Translations under genes and position numbers: made by a program
IMG/VR virus record: IMGVR_UViG_3300032038_007781
Span: 1-64,000 of that record
Source of the DNA: a virus
Lineage: Duplodnaviria > Caudoviricetes
Length of the DNA stretch: 64,000 nt
Reading direction: 5' to 3' (one strand)
In this document: positions 38,375 through 48,967 of the stretch, one piece after another
How the letters are laid out: every line of letters starts with the position of its first letter
Numbering within the stretch: the stretch's first letter is position 1
The notes under the pieces: generated by a model
The model's input: only the letters and a program-made list of their open reading frames with translations
Told to the model about the DNA's origin: nothing
Database searches by the model: none

Positions 38375-39493
38375 ATGGATAAGAAAGAAGAAAAAGCTTT
38401 AAAAAGGATTAAAAGTGAAATATCAAAGATTGATAAGAAAGAAAATAACGTTTTCTTTTTCGTTCTTGATACTAAAGGTAATCCTAGTGGAAGTCTTGAA
38501 TATATATACAAATTAGCTAAAATTGCAAGTTCAGAAGGGTATAAAGTTTCAATGCTTTATCAGGAAGATAAAAATGATGAATTCGTTGGAGTAAAAGATT
38601 GGCTCGGTGAAGATTATTCAAATATTCCTCATTATAACATTGCAAAAGATGATGTAGAAATTACGCCTTCAGACATTTTGTTTATTCCTGAAATTTTTGC
38701 TAATGTAATGAACCAAACAAAGAAATTACCTTGTAAGAGAATCGCTATTTTGCAAAATTATGATTATCTTATTGAGCAAATGCCATTTGCAGCACAGTGG
38801 GGTGATTTTGGTATTATGGAAGCTATTACAAATACAAATCATAACGCAGAACTTTTGAAGGATATTTTTCCATACGTAAAGACTAAAGTAATTACACCAT
38901 ATGTTGATAAAATGTTTGGGAATACAATCGCACCAAAAAAGATGATTGTTAATATTGTTGCTTCTGACCAATCTGATATCAATAGAATTGTTAAACCATT
39001 TTACTGGAAATACCCATCATTTAAATGGGTTTCGTTCAGAGATTTGAGAGGCTTGCCAAAAGAACAGTTCGCACAATCTTTGCGAGATAGTGCTATCACA
39101 ATTTGGATTGATAATGACACAAGTTTTGGGTATAGCGCACTTGAAGCAGTTAAAAGTGGGTCTATTGTGATTGCTAAAATACCTGATGCACCATTGGATT
39201 GGATGTATGATGATGATGGTAATAGTGTTGGAAATTTAAGAAATTCATGCATTTGGTTTGACGATATAAAGAACGTTCAAAAGGTAATAGCAAGTGCAGT
39301 ACGTTCTTGGCTCACTGATACTGTGCCTTCTAAGATTTACGATGAAGTTAAAAAAGTTAATGAACTTTATCCTTATGAAGCAACGAAGAAAGAATTTACA
39401 GAATACCTTGATGGCGTTATTTCAAACAGGAAAGCTGAAATGGAACAACTTGTTAAAGTTGTTGAGGATAAAAATGCTAAAGCCGAAAAATAA
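38375..39493 (+). CDS. Glycosyltransferase, GT-B fold
   Basis: DILFIPEIF; SFGYSALEAVKSG donor-binding motif. Confidence 0.75.
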   Translation: MDKKEEKALKRIKSEISKIDKKENNVFFFVLDTKGNPSGSLEYIYKLAKIASSEGYKVSMLYQEDKNDEFVGVKDWLGEDYSNIPHYNIAKDDVEITPSDILFIPEIFANVMNQTKKLPCKRIAILQNYDYLIEQMPFAAQWGDFGIMEAITNTNHNAELLKDIFPYVKTKVITPYVDKMFGNTIAPKKMIVNIVASDQSDINRIVKPFYWKYPSFKWVSFRDLRGLPKEQFAQSLRDSAITIWIDNDTSFGYSALEAVKSGSIVIAKIPDAPLDWMYDDDGNSVGNLRNSCIWFDDIKNVQKVIASAVRSWLTDTVPSKIYDEVKKVNELYPYEATKKEFTEYLDGVISNRKAEMEQLVKVVEDKNAKAEK

Positions 39494-39590
39494 TGGAGAA
39501 ATATACATGCAGTGAAATTTTAGGCAGTTACGAACCAAATAATGAGGATTGCATTGTATTAATTAATAATTTTTAATAGAGACTAAAAAA

Positions 39591-40355
39591 ATGAGTGAAA
39601 TATTAGTTATTTTGCCTTTACATAAATTTGATGAAGAAGTTAAACCATTGCTTGAAGATGCAATTAAATCTGTCCCAAATGATTTTGATATTGTAGTTTC
39701 AACAAATGACACTTATTCTGATGAAATTACTAAGGCAGTAGCGGATTATAAGAACGTAAAAGTATTATCAAATGGCGATGTTACTAATTTTCAGACATTG
39801 GTTAACAATGCAGTAGATGAAAATTATAAGTGGTTTACTATTCTTGAATATGATGATGAATATACACCAATTTGGTTTGATAATGCTAAGAAGTATATTG
39901 ATAATGAGCCTACTGTTAGTGTTTTTATGCCACTTGAAGATTTGGTGGATTTCAACACTAAAGAATATGCTGGTTTTGGTAATGAAGCGCCTTGGGCATC
40001 AAGTTTTAGTAATGAAATTGGCTATATTGATTTAGACTGTTTACAAAACTTTTTTGAGTTTTATTTAACAGGTTCTGTATTTAATACCGCAGATTGGAAA
40101 GAAATTGGTGGACTAAAGTCAAATATCGAAATTTACTTTTGGTATGAATTCCTTTTAAGGGCAACTAATAAAGGCAAGAAAGTATTTGTCATTCCAAAGG
40201 TTGGATATGTTCATTATCTTGGAAGAAAGGATTCTTTGATTGAATCTTACAGAAATACTGTTACTGATGATGAAGTAAAGTATTGGATGGGAATTGCTAA
40301 AAAGGAGTATTTCTTCAAAGAAAGAGAAATATCGCCTTATAACAAAGAAAACTAA
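39591..40355 (+). CDS. Glycosyltransferase family 2-like
   Basis: ILVILP..AIKSV, ILEYDDEY, EIGG, YEFLLR. Confidence 0.78.
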   Translation: MSEILVILPLHKFDEEVKPLLEDAIKSVPNDFDIVVSTNDTYSDEITKAVADYKNVKVLSNGDVTNFQTLVNNAVDENYKWFTILEYDDEYTPIWFDNAKKYIDNEPTVSVFMPLEDLVDFNTKEYAGFGNEAPWASSFSNEIGYIDLDCLQNFFEFYLTGSVFNTADWKEIGGLKSNIEIYFWYEFLLRATNKGKKVFVIPKVGYVHYLGRKDSLIESYRNTVTDDEVKYWMGIAKKEYFFKEREISPYNKEN

Positions 40356-40572
40356 AATAATTGAGTTTTAAATGATTTATATAATGGCGTTAATTGTAAT
40401 GGTTAACGTCATTTTTTTATACATCAAAATAGCAACACGGAGATTTTTGAAAAAAAATGTGAAAGAAAGTGCGTTGAAATTACGTAGAATTTTGCCTTTG
40501 ATGATATTTAGTATAAAAAAATAACTTATTTAGACGTTCCATCTAAATATAAATACAAAGACAAAATTAAAA

Positions 40573-41298
40573 ATGGGTCGTAGAGGTCGTAAACCTTCAA
40601 AAAATAAAAATTATTTTGGCTTGGAGCAGGAACAAGCTATTAAAGATTATTTGAAAGCGGAAACAAAGGAAGAAAAAGATAAAATCTTTAATGAATGGTT
40701 AGAGCCAGCTCTAACTAAAATGGTGGAATCAATTATAAGAAGATATAATCTTTATCCACCTGATGAAGAATTCAAAGAAACATTTGATGACACAATTTCT
40801 TTTTTGATGACTAAGATTAATAATTTTAAACCTGATGTTGGGTATAAAGCTTATTCATACTGTGGTACAATTTGCAAAAATTATTTGATATATAAAATTA
40901 ATCAATTTAATAAAAATCAAAAAAGGAATGATAGGTATGACGTAATGCAAAACGATATCATTGATAATATTAAGTTTTCCTATTCAGATGAAACAACAAA
41001 TTTAGCATTTTTAAATGAGTTAATGAGAAAGACCATTAAAGAAATTTATGGAATTATAGAAGATAGGGATATTTTAAAACTTAATGATGATGAAATAAAG
41101 GTAGGACAAGCGCTTATTGAATTAATGACTAACTGGGAAGATTTATTTGCACAAATGGGTAGTAATAAATTCAATAAAAGTTCTATTTTATTGTTTCTTA
41201 AAGAAACAACATTGCTTAATACCAAACAAATTAGAGATGGTATGCGAAAGTATAAAGCAGCGTATTATGGCTTAAAAAAAGTAATGATAAATGAATAA
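40573..41298 (+). CDS. Phage late sigma factor (T4 gp55-like)
   Basis: NYF...AIKDY...RRYN...KINNFKPD...KAYSYCGTICKNYL, a region-2-like pattern. Confidence 0.65.
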   Translation: MGRRGRKPSKNKNYFGLEQEQAIKDYLKAETKEEKDKIFNEWLEPALTKMVESIIRRYNLYPPDEEFKETFDDTISFLMTKINNFKPDVGYKAYSYCGTICKNYLIYKINQFNKNQKRNDRYDVMQNDIIDNIKFSYSDETTNLAFLNELMRKTIKEIYGIIEDRDILKLNDDEIKVGQALIELMTNWEDLFAQMGSNKFNKSSILLFLKETTLLNTKQIRDGMRKYKAAYYGLKKVMINE

Positions 41299-41325
41299 AC
41301 TAATATTTATTTATAAATTATAAAT

Positions 41326-41721
41326 ATGGCAAAATTTAAAGTTGAGTTAAATAGTTCCAATAATATTCGTGAATTGTTACAGGAAACGTATAGATTAGCT
41401 GACCAACAACTTATTCAAGCGCAAGATGAAATGAATAAATTGGCAAACGCTACACGTTTACAAGACGAAGTAATGGACAGTAAACAAAAGTATTCTAAAG
41501 CTATGAATGATTATATGGCAATCAAAGACAAAGCTATTAGAACAAAATTGGATATTGCCAAATTAATGACTGAAATTATGAATCACAACGGCAATGTCAA
41601 AGAAGCAGTTGAATCTGGGGCTGCAAGTGTAGGTACATTTGACATGAAAAAGATTAGGCAAATGGTAAGTGAATCATACGAAGAACCAGATAAAACTAAA
41701 ACAATAGAACTTAAGAAGTAA
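41326..41721 (+). CDS. Helical hypothetical late protein
   Basis: 131 aa; TATTTAT at 41304-41310. Confidence 0.7.
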   Translation: MAKFKVELNSSNNIRELLQETYRLADQQLIQAQDEMNKLANATRLQDEVMDSKQKYSKAMNDYMAIKDKAIRTKLDIAKLMTEIMNHNGNVKEAVESGAASVGTFDMKKIRQMVSESYEEPDKTKTIELKK

Positions 41722-44717
41722 TGGCAGTAAGTACATCATCAAATAAAGTATCTTCTCAAGTGCAAATAAATAGTAATGCTTTAGTAGGAAAAACTGAAGG
41801 TGCTAAAAATAATGCATTAGATACAAAGAAAAAATCAGTAGTACAAGATAAGGTAAATGAATATCAGAAAAAAATTAAAGATTCTGAAAGGAAAGTGTAT
41901 GCCAATCTTGATACTGCAATGGCAATTATGGAAGACTTGCCTGCATTTGTTGATGCTGGGATGGATATACTTACGTCTAATTCTTTTAATTTTTCTTTAA
42001 GTCCGTTGGGGTTACTAATGGATTTATTATCAAAACTCGGTGTAACTGATGAAGAATTAAAAGCTTTTTTAGTTGATTTGTTGGTTGATGTTTTACCTGC
42101 TGTTGAACTTGGTATTAAAGCTTCATTACTATCTAATATCAAATCAATAGTATCTTGTGCAGCTGACCCAAGAATACCAAAGCAATTAAGACAAAGAACT
42201 GGAGAATACTATTTTGATGAATTAAAATATAAATTTAAATCATATGATGGAACACCATCTGCTGAAGCAGAACGTGGAATGTTAATAGACTGTGATTCAA
42301 TTGACCCTGAAGGTATATTAGCATTTTCGCCTTATAGTGATAAAGGTAAAAATTATTACTTTGGCGTTCTTTATGATGAAATGGCTAAGTTTTTGAAAGA
42401 CTTTGGTGTTTCTGAAAACGCTGGATACAATATAACGCAAAAAACTGATGGGTCAAATGAAGTGAATAGGAATGCTATTTATGGGAATAAGAGAAGTAAA
42501 TGGGAACTATGTAGGGCTGAAGATAGAAATGCCTTTATATGGTTTGTAATGCATGTTGCAAAATTTCCTTCTCCAACAGAAGCAGTTATTTCAGGACAAA
42601 CAGTATCAATAAATGGTACTAAATTTGTTGATATGTCAGGCCAAGATGGAAAGACAAGCCTTTTTACACCGATGAATCTTAATGTTATTGATGAAAATGA
42701 ATCATCTAATGTATCAGTAGGTACAGCAATTGTTAATGAAAATACACCTAACGAAATAGCATTATGCATAGGTGTTAACTATGAAGAACAAGATATTTCA
42801 GATACAGGCGCAAGAAGAATTTTTTCTAATCAATTTGTACCTGTTTCAAGTAATTGGAATAGTGCTGATTTATATGTTGATAAAACTAAATATTATAACT
42901 ATAATTTAGGGTATAAATCTAAAAGCAGTATAGATGATTATACAAACCAAATAGCTATATGCAATTTGCAATATATGCAGCCTACTGATTATGCAACATC
43001 ATATGTGGGAGGGTCAACGCAAAAGCTTAAATTTACTATTTTGCCTAAACCATATGTATATCTACCATATGTTGATACAGGTGAGCCTATATGGAGAGCA
43101 AAAAGAATATTATTTGATGCTTATGGGAATCCTAACCCAAATGGTGCTTTTTCACTGCCAACTGAAAGAATGAATTCTAAAAATTTGCCATATGTTCATA
43201 ATGATAAAATAGGACTTTTTAATAGTAATATGGCAGTAACTGAAGCAATGAATAACGCTTCATATTTAGATAATCTTAAAGATGTTGCTGTTATGATTTA
43301 CAGTGAAACGGTTGATGGTGTAAAGGACATTAATAAAGTTAAAGCTAAAATAGTAGAAACTTATGAAGCTCATGAAATATTAGCTTTTAAAATGTCAATT
43401 AAAGCGTGGAAACCGTCTAATTCGCAAAGCGACCCTACTGATACAGACTCTACAAAGGCTAAATATATATCAGTTCTTACTGAATGCCTAAATACTAAAA
43501 TAGCTAAAAGTGAAGAAAATGGTAATGGGTATGTAAAATTAATGGTTGGCGAAGAAGAGGATTCTTGTGGGTTATACATTAGCATAGACACAGGTGACTA
43601 TTTTTTGGCTGATTACAATGATATAAATAATAGGGAAGGTGATTATACCAAACATTTAGTACAATGCTATAAAGGTCTTACAGTGTATGAATTTAACTAT
43701 GATTTTGTCATGGGAATGAAGCTACTTGACTCTAAAGTTGTATGTTATAAACTATTGGAAGCAGCAACTAACCCAAGTAATGATGCTTCTTTTGAAGTTG
43801 GGTTTGATTTTGTAAGCAAAAGTAATGATGGAAAATCAGACATTAATTTCAATGATATGAGAAATTCTATTGTTGAAATTGTTAGGGAAATTGTTGAAAC
43901 TGAAGATTCTGAATTGTCTGATTGTTTTTTTAAGTTTGACAATAGCAGATTTGAATCAATGCTAAAAACTGCTGAAGAAAAAAGATATAATCAGCAACCA
44001 TATATAAACGATAAGAATAATTCGGTAGATTTTACTGATGTATATAGCATGCTTCAAGAATATCCTGAATATGGTACTAAAGAAGAACAGAAAAAAGTAA
44101 TTAGTAATGTAATAACAGCAGCTACGGCTAAAATTAGCCAAACTAATGGAAGTGCATTAACAACAGCTTACACAACTGCTGACACCAAAAAAGTTAAAAT
44201 TAATTTTACTACCAACATGATAAGTCAACTTGTATCTGTTATAGTAGAATCAATATTAAGTCCTAAACTATTAATGCTTATTGCAGTTAACAAGCAATTA
44301 ATGGGTGATGGAGGTGAAACATTTAATGCTAATGATTTGCTTAACGGAATGAAAGGTGTTGTTGTGGGTATAGTTAAAGAAATAAGGGATTTAATAATTA
44401 AGAAAATACTTGATTATGTTCTTGATTCTGTTGGTAAATTGGCTGTTTATTTAAAAGTTGAAGTTTATAAAGAACAGATATCAGTTTATCAAAACATTTT
44501 ATCACAATTAATGGCATTGTTAAACGTTGGCAAGTCTTATTATGCCCGATTAAATTCAGTATTAGAAGGGTTAAAGAGTAAATTTAGCGGTTCTGAATAT
44601 TATAACAATGGAAACGGATATGATTATGATTTGCCTACAATTATAGACAATGTAGGATATGCTGATATTATAGCAAATAATAATACTGATAAACCAGTAT
44701 CTACAGATAATTGTTAA
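41721..44717 (+). CDS. Large putative baseplate/tail structural protein
   Basis: 998 aa with helical termini; co-transcribed with the spike-like gene. Confidence 0.55.
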   Translation: MAVSTSSNKVSSQVQINSNALVGKTEGAKNNALDTKKKSVVQDKVNEYQKKIKDSERKVYANLDTAMAIMEDLPAFVDAGMDILTSNSFNFSLSPLGLLMDLLSKLGVTDEELKAFLVDLLVDVLPAVELGIKASLLSNIKSIVSCAADPRIPKQLRQRTGEYYFDELKYKFKSYDGTPSAEAERGMLIDCDSIDPEGILAFSPYSDKGKNYYFGVLYDEMAKFLKDFGVSENAGYNITQKTDGSNEVNRNAIYGNKRSKWELCRAEDRNAFIWFVMHVAKFPSPTEAVISGQTVSINGTKFVDMSGQDGKTSLFTPMNLNVIDENESSNVSVGTAIVNENTPNEIALCIGVNYEEQDISDTGARRIFSNQFVPVSSNWNSADLYVDKTKYYNYNLGYKSKSSIDDYTNQIAICNLQYMQPTDYATSYVGGSTQKLKFTILPKPYVYLPYVDTGEPIWRAKRILFDAYGNPNPNGAFSLPTERMNSKNLPYVHNDKIGLFNSNMAVTEAMNNASYLDNLKDVAVMIYSETVDGVKDINKVKAKIVETYEAHEILAFKMSIKAWKPSNSQSDPTDTDSTKAKYISVLTECLNTKIAKSEENGNGYVKLMVGEEEDSCGLYISIDTGDYFLADYNDINNREGDYTKHLVQCYKGLTVYEFNYDFVMGMKLLDSKVVCYKLLEAATNPSNDASFEVGFDFVSKSNDGKSDINFNDMRNSIVEIVREIVETEDSELSDCFFKFDNSRFESMLKTAEEKRYNQQPYINDKNNSVDFTDVYSMLQEYPEYGTKEEQKKVISNVITAATAKISQTNGSALTTAYTTADTKKVKINFTTNMISQLVSVIVESILSPKLLMLIAVNKQLMGDGGETFNANDLLNGMKGVVVGIVKEIRDLIIKKILDYVLDSVGKLAVYLKVEVYKEQISVYQNILSQLMALLNVGKSYYARLNSVLEGLKSKFSGSEYYNNGNGYDYDLPTIIDNVGYADIIANNNTDKPVSTDNC

Positions 44718-44719
44718 AA

Positions 44720-45112
44720 ATGAATATAAGTTCAATAACAAGACCAATAAATGCAGTTTTTGAATCAATAAGGTCAGCTGCACCAATTATACCTCCAATG
44801 CTTATGGCGATAGGCGGTTTTAAAAAGCCTGGGTTATCCACTGTTATATCAGTTGGTAATATTGTTAAAGCTTTGCAAAAACACGGAATACCTACAGGTC
44901 ACTTTAAAGATGGTAATGAAAATAAAACCGTTGCAGTAATATTTGCTATTGTTGAAGAAATATATAGGGCTTTACATGAAGATGCAAATATTCAAATTGC
45001 AATGCAACCTGGTGCAGTAACAGTCATAACTACTGGTTCTAATTCAGGTGGCCCTATGATTTCACAAGGAATTAATACAAATTTTGCTAACGGTACAGCA
45101 ATTATACAATAA
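44720..45112 (+). CDS. Putative baseplate/spike-associated protein
   Basis: Likely start MNISS; G-rich C-terminus PGAV...GSNSGGP. Confidence 0.6.
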   Translation: MNISSITRPINAVFESIRSAAPIIPPMLMAIGGFKKPGLSTVISVGNIVKALQKHGIPTGHFKDGNENKTVAVIFAIVEEIYRALHEDANIQIAMQPGAVTVITTGSNSGGPMISQGINTNFANGTAIIQ

Positions 45113-45113
45113 A

Positions 45114-45296
45114 ATGGAAAATTATAAAAATTATACTAATGCTGAACTTAATTTAAAACTTAAAGCATTGGAAAATAAATACGAAGCTAATAAAAGAAAA
45201 GTTTTGCAACTTATACATGAAATGCAAGAACTTGATATTGATTATTCCAATGCTAAAAAAGAGATAGATAAACGAAGTAAAGGATTATGGCGATAA
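45114..45296 (+). CDS. Small coiled-coil protein
   Basis: MENYKNYTNAELNLKL..., tightly packed between neighbours. Confidence 0.65.
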   Translation: MENYKNYTNAELNLKLKALENKYEANKRKVLQLIHEMQELDIDYSNAKKEIDKRSKGLWR

Positions 45297-46240
45297 TAGT
45301 AAAAATGGGTCATGTAGAAGAAACTACAACTGACCCTGCAGGTGGTCTAAGAATTAAAGCAAGGACTAAACAAGATGGGAGCTCTGAATTACCTTGGGCA
45401 TTCCCTCTAATGCCTAAACAGTTTCAAGTAGTGCCTAAAGTTGGCGAAGGTGTGTTTATTATCAATGAAGATGATAAGAGAAAAGATAGCAATAGGTATT
45501 ATATAGGACCAATTATTCCACAGCCGCAATATAATACCAAAAGTGAATTCCAATATGGTAGAGGGGAAGCATTAGCCTGTTTAGATGGTAGGGCGGTTGA
45601 AGCTTTGGGTAATATATCTAATGATTCAAGGACAGATGGTTCTTTTCCTGAGATTGGTGATGTATCAGTTGTTGGAAGGGACAGTCAAGACATGATAATG
45701 AGACACACAAAAGAAGGGTCTGATGAAGTTGTTCTTAGATGCGGTATAAGAAAGGAAGACACACTTGCAAATATTGGTTCAAGAAAAGAAGGCACTATTC
45801 TTAATGTAGGCAAAATAATTTTTAATAATGTTGACCCTGCTTATATACAAATGAAGTATAAGGAAAATTTGGGTACATTATCTAAAAATTATAATGCTAA
45901 CGCAGGTGAAAAGATTAGTCAATCTAATTACATGAATAGTGCAATTAATATTGTTGCAGACAAGATTAACATTGTAGGCGTTAGAGATACGTCTATTAAT
46001 GTCGAAAAAACAAAGAATAAATCTTTAATTAGTGATGGTGATATGGATGAAATGATGTCGCAGCTCCATCAACTCCCTAAAGGTGATGTGCTTGTAAAAT
46101 TTCTTAAATTATTATGTGATGCATTTTTAAATCATGTACATAATTACAATGGTTTACCACCAGTTGTAGCTGATTATGTTCTTTCAGTTAAGAATTTTGA
46201 CTTGAACGATATACTATCAACAGTAGTTCGCATATCTTAA
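45287..46240 (+). CDS. Baseplate central spike protein (gp5/gpV-like)
   Basis: OB-fold motifs DP..GLRIKAR, LPWAFP, VPKVGEGV, YYIGP; C-terminal NHVH metal-binding tip motif. Confidence 0.75.
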   Translation: MAIIVKMGHVEETTTDPAGGLRIKARTKQDGSSELPWAFPLMPKQFQVVPKVGEGVFIINEDDKRKDSNRYYIGPIIPQPQYNTKSEFQYGRGEALACLDGRAVEALGNISNDSRTDGSFPEIGDVSVVGRDSQDMIMRHTKEGSDEVVLRCGIRKEDTLANIGSRKEGTILNVGKIIFNNVDPAYIQMKYKENLGTLSKNYNANAGEKISQSNYMNSAINIVADKINIVGVRDTSINVEKTKNKSLISDGDMDEMMSQLHQLPKGDVLVKFLKLLCDAFLNHVHNYNGLPPVVADYVLSVKNFDLNDILSTVVRIS

Positions 46241-46267
46241 AATATTTATAGTAAATATAGTAAAGAA

Positions 46268-47791
46268 ATGATACAACGTACATATTTAAGCAAATTTAAT
46301 ACTATTATTAAAGAAAGCAAAATAAATACTGGCATAAACCCTATATCAGAATTGGTATATGGTTTACACACTACGAGAATGTTATTTTATTTTGACCATA
46401 GCAAAATAAAAGAAATGGTTAAAAATGGAATATTCCCAAATGTAGATAAACTAAAGCATACACTACATATAACAAATGCAGGCTCTTTAGATTTTACACA
46501 ATTACATGGAAAAAATGCAAGTTCTATTGGTAATGGTGTTAAAAAACGTGCAACGTCTTTTGATATTATTTTTTTCCTTGTGCCACAAGAATGGGATAGA
46601 GGTAAAGGTTTTGACTATACCAAAAATGCTTTTAATATAGATTATTTTGACGTTAAAAATAGGCATAATGCATCAAGATTAGTGTCATACGATGGAAGTA
46701 ATTGGTATCAACCTAAAAATGGCTATAAGTGGCCTGAAGATGGTATATATTCTACAGATACGTTATCAAAAGAATACGATAAATTTTCTTCTGAAATGGG
46801 AAGTGAAATTATTATAGGTAGACAACATTTTGATATTGGCAATGAAAATATATCATTGGATATAACAGACATTTTCAATAAGTTTATTACAGGTGAATTG
46901 GAAAATTATGGTATTGCTGTAGCATTTACGCCAGACTTTGAAAACACGTCAGAAAAAAATACTTATACTTATTATAGGTCAGAAAGTTTACAGGATAATT
47001 ATGTTGGCTTTTTAACAGATAAAACAAACACATTTTTTGAACCATATGTAGAAACTGAATATTCTGACTATATTTCTGATGATAGGGCTAATTTCGTTAT
47101 AGACAAGGACAATAAATTATATCTTTATTGTACAATAGGTGGCAAATTGACGAACCTTGACGAATTACCTAAATGCACAGTATCAGGTGATGTTTATTCT
47201 GAAGAAAATGGTTGTTATGAAGAATTTTCAAAAGATTATGAAGTAAAACAACATTCAACTGGTGTTTACTATATAGATATCAATTTGTCACATAACGATT
47301 TTGAGCCCAATACAATGCTTTATGACACTTGGACTAATATTATATACCATGGAACAAAATTAAGCGATGTAGGGCTCGATTTTACCCTTAAACAACCATC
47401 TGTATGGTTTAATATTGGTAACTCAATAGAAGATGAGCCAACATTTACACCTCAAGTGTTTGGTATTGCTGACAATGAAGAAATAAAACGTGGTGATGTT
47501 AGAAAACTTGGCGTTATAACAAGGGTAAACTACACACCAAATCAAGTACAAAATATTGACGGTATAGAAGCAAGATTATATATAAAAGACGGTGAAAGGG
47601 AAATAGATGTTATTAAATGGGAGCATTTAAATAAAACAATAACAGAAAGTTATATGATAATTGATACTAATATGTTAATACCGCAAAATTATTATGTGGA
47701 TATTAAAATAAATTACGGTATGCAATCAATTATACATCACGATAAAATACATTTTAAAATTGTGGATGATTTAAATAATAAGTATGCATAA
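46268..47791 (+). CDS. Virion structural protein (beta-rich, Ig-like C-terminal domains)
   Basis: 507 aa; WD.G.G, LDITD, NYG, TFFEPY, TGVYY; TATTTAT at 46243-46249. Confidence 0.6.
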   Translation: MIQRTYLSKFNTIIKESKINTGINPISELVYGLHTTRMLFYFDHSKIKEMVKNGIFPNVDKLKHTLHITNAGSLDFTQLHGKNASSIGNGVKKRATSFDIIFFLVPQEWDRGKGFDYTKNAFNIDYFDVKNRHNASRLVSYDGSNWYQPKNGYKWPEDGIYSTDTLSKEYDKFSSEMGSEIIIGRQHFDIGNENISLDITDIFNKFITGELENYGIAVAFTPDFENTSEKNTYTYYRSESLQDNYVGFLTDKTNTFFEPYVETEYSDYISDDRANFVIDKDNKLYLYCTIGGKLTNLDELPKCTVSGDVYSEENGCYEEFSKDYEVKQHSTGVYYIDINLSHNDFEPNTMLYDTWTNIIYHGTKLSDVGLDFTLKQPSVWFNIGNSIEDEPTFTPQVFGIADNEEIKRGDVRKLGVITRVNYTPNQVQNIDGIEARLYIKDGEREIDVIKWEHLNKTITESYMIIDTNMLIPQNYYVDIKINYGMQSIIHHDKIHFKIVDDLNNKYA

Positions 47792-47886
47792 ATGCTATTA
47801 TAATAAATAGTGATGTTCCTATCAGCAACGTTTATAGTTTTGTAGCTATTTAAGGTATATAATAATTGTTTGATAAAAAAAAAGAA

Positions 47887-47917
47887 ATGGGTGAATCAAT
47901 CTTGTTGGTTCACCCAT
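47887..47917. terminator. Hairpin terminator between convergent genes
   Basis: ATGGGTGAAT...GTTCACCCAT with an A-tract on the left. Confidence 0.65.
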
Positions 47918-47975
47918 ATGTTTAATGACTCTAAAATAGTCTGAGATTGTGGCTGTGCTGATAGTAGCTTAGTAT

Positions 47976-48875
47976 TTATTTTTTAATTAAAAAAGTCCCT
48001 CCATCATCACTTTCCCCAACCTTAATGAAACCATATTTCATAATGGAATTAGCAAAAGTAGTTTCATCAACACCATCTGTTGGGCATACCCTTAAGTAAA
48101 ACTGATAGCCACTGTATTTGTTAAGAATATATTCCAGCAACCTTTTGGATATTCCCATATTTCGAAAACCTTTATTAACAGCAATATCGGCAAGGTCAAT
48201 TACACGCTTATCATTATCAAGTTTCCTAACTACATTATATGCAATATCATGACCGTCTTCAATGCTGTCACTTATGTTGCTATAAATATCATCTGGATAG
48301 CATATATAATAGTTTAAATACCCAGCCTCATTACCATTATAATATGCGCCAACACAAAGGCCACCATATTCATCGCTGCCATCTTCAAATTCAAGACCAC
48401 TGCTCATACTCTCATATATGTTAGAATGAACAGATAAATCATTTGAATCTCCTTCAGACCCTTTATAAACTATTTTAATCGCTGAAATAGGTATAGGAAT
48501 ATCATAAACAAAACATCCTTTCATTGATTTATCTGGGTCTCTGAGTATATGTTTCTTATCTAATTGTGAAACATCAATTCTATAAATATCATCATCGTAA
48601 GTTGAATCATACTCACCATTGTTAATTGTATCATGGTCATATAAGAAAACATAAGGCTTTAAATCTTCTCTGTCATCCCAATGTGCTTTATATGAATCAC
48701 CAACAGAAGGAACTAACCCATTTTTTATAATAGAACGTCTAACAGTAATAGGTGCTTTATGATAAAGAAATCTTGGAAATTTATATTTAAGAGTCTCTTC
48801 CATCACTTGAATAACAGACTCCTTTATGATTGTATGAAGGTCAGATTCTGTTAATTTTATAAGTTTCTTAGGCAT
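47976..48875 (-). CDS. Leader-bearing fusion of an ART-like (KptA/Tpt1-type) domain and a GNAT acetyltransferase
   Basis: Leader KKLIKLTESDLHTIIKESVIQVMEE; LYH...SIIKNGLVP...YVFL...YRID...IPISAI; then IAVNKGFRNMGISKRLL...KYGF. Confidence 0.65.
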   Translation of the reverse strand: MPKKLIKLTESDLHTIIKESVIQVMEETLKYKFPRFLYHKAPITVRRSIIKNGLVPSVGDSYKAHWDDREDLKPYVFLYDHDTINNGEYDSTYDDDIYRIDVSQLDKKHILRDPDKSMKGCFVYDIPIPISAIKIVYKGSEGDSNDLSVHSNIYESMSSGLEFEDGSDEYGGLCVGAYYNGNEAGYLNYYICYPDDIYSNISDSIEDGHDIAYNVVRKLDNDKRVIDLADIAVNKGFRNMGISKRLLEYILNKYSGYQFYLRVCPTDGVDETTFANSIMKYGFIKVGESDDGGTFLIKK

Positions 48876-48930
48876 ATTTGTCTTTTTTTGTTTAATTTCT
48901 AATATAAATAGTTTGTTTGATAAAAAAAAT

Positions 48931-48954
48931 AAACGCAGCCAATTGACTGCGTTT
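48931..48954 (-). terminator. Intrinsic terminator
   Basis: AAACGCAG-loop-CTGCGTTT with a T-tract on the minus strand. Confidence 0.7.
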
Positions 48955-48967
48955 CAATTTTATTTTG

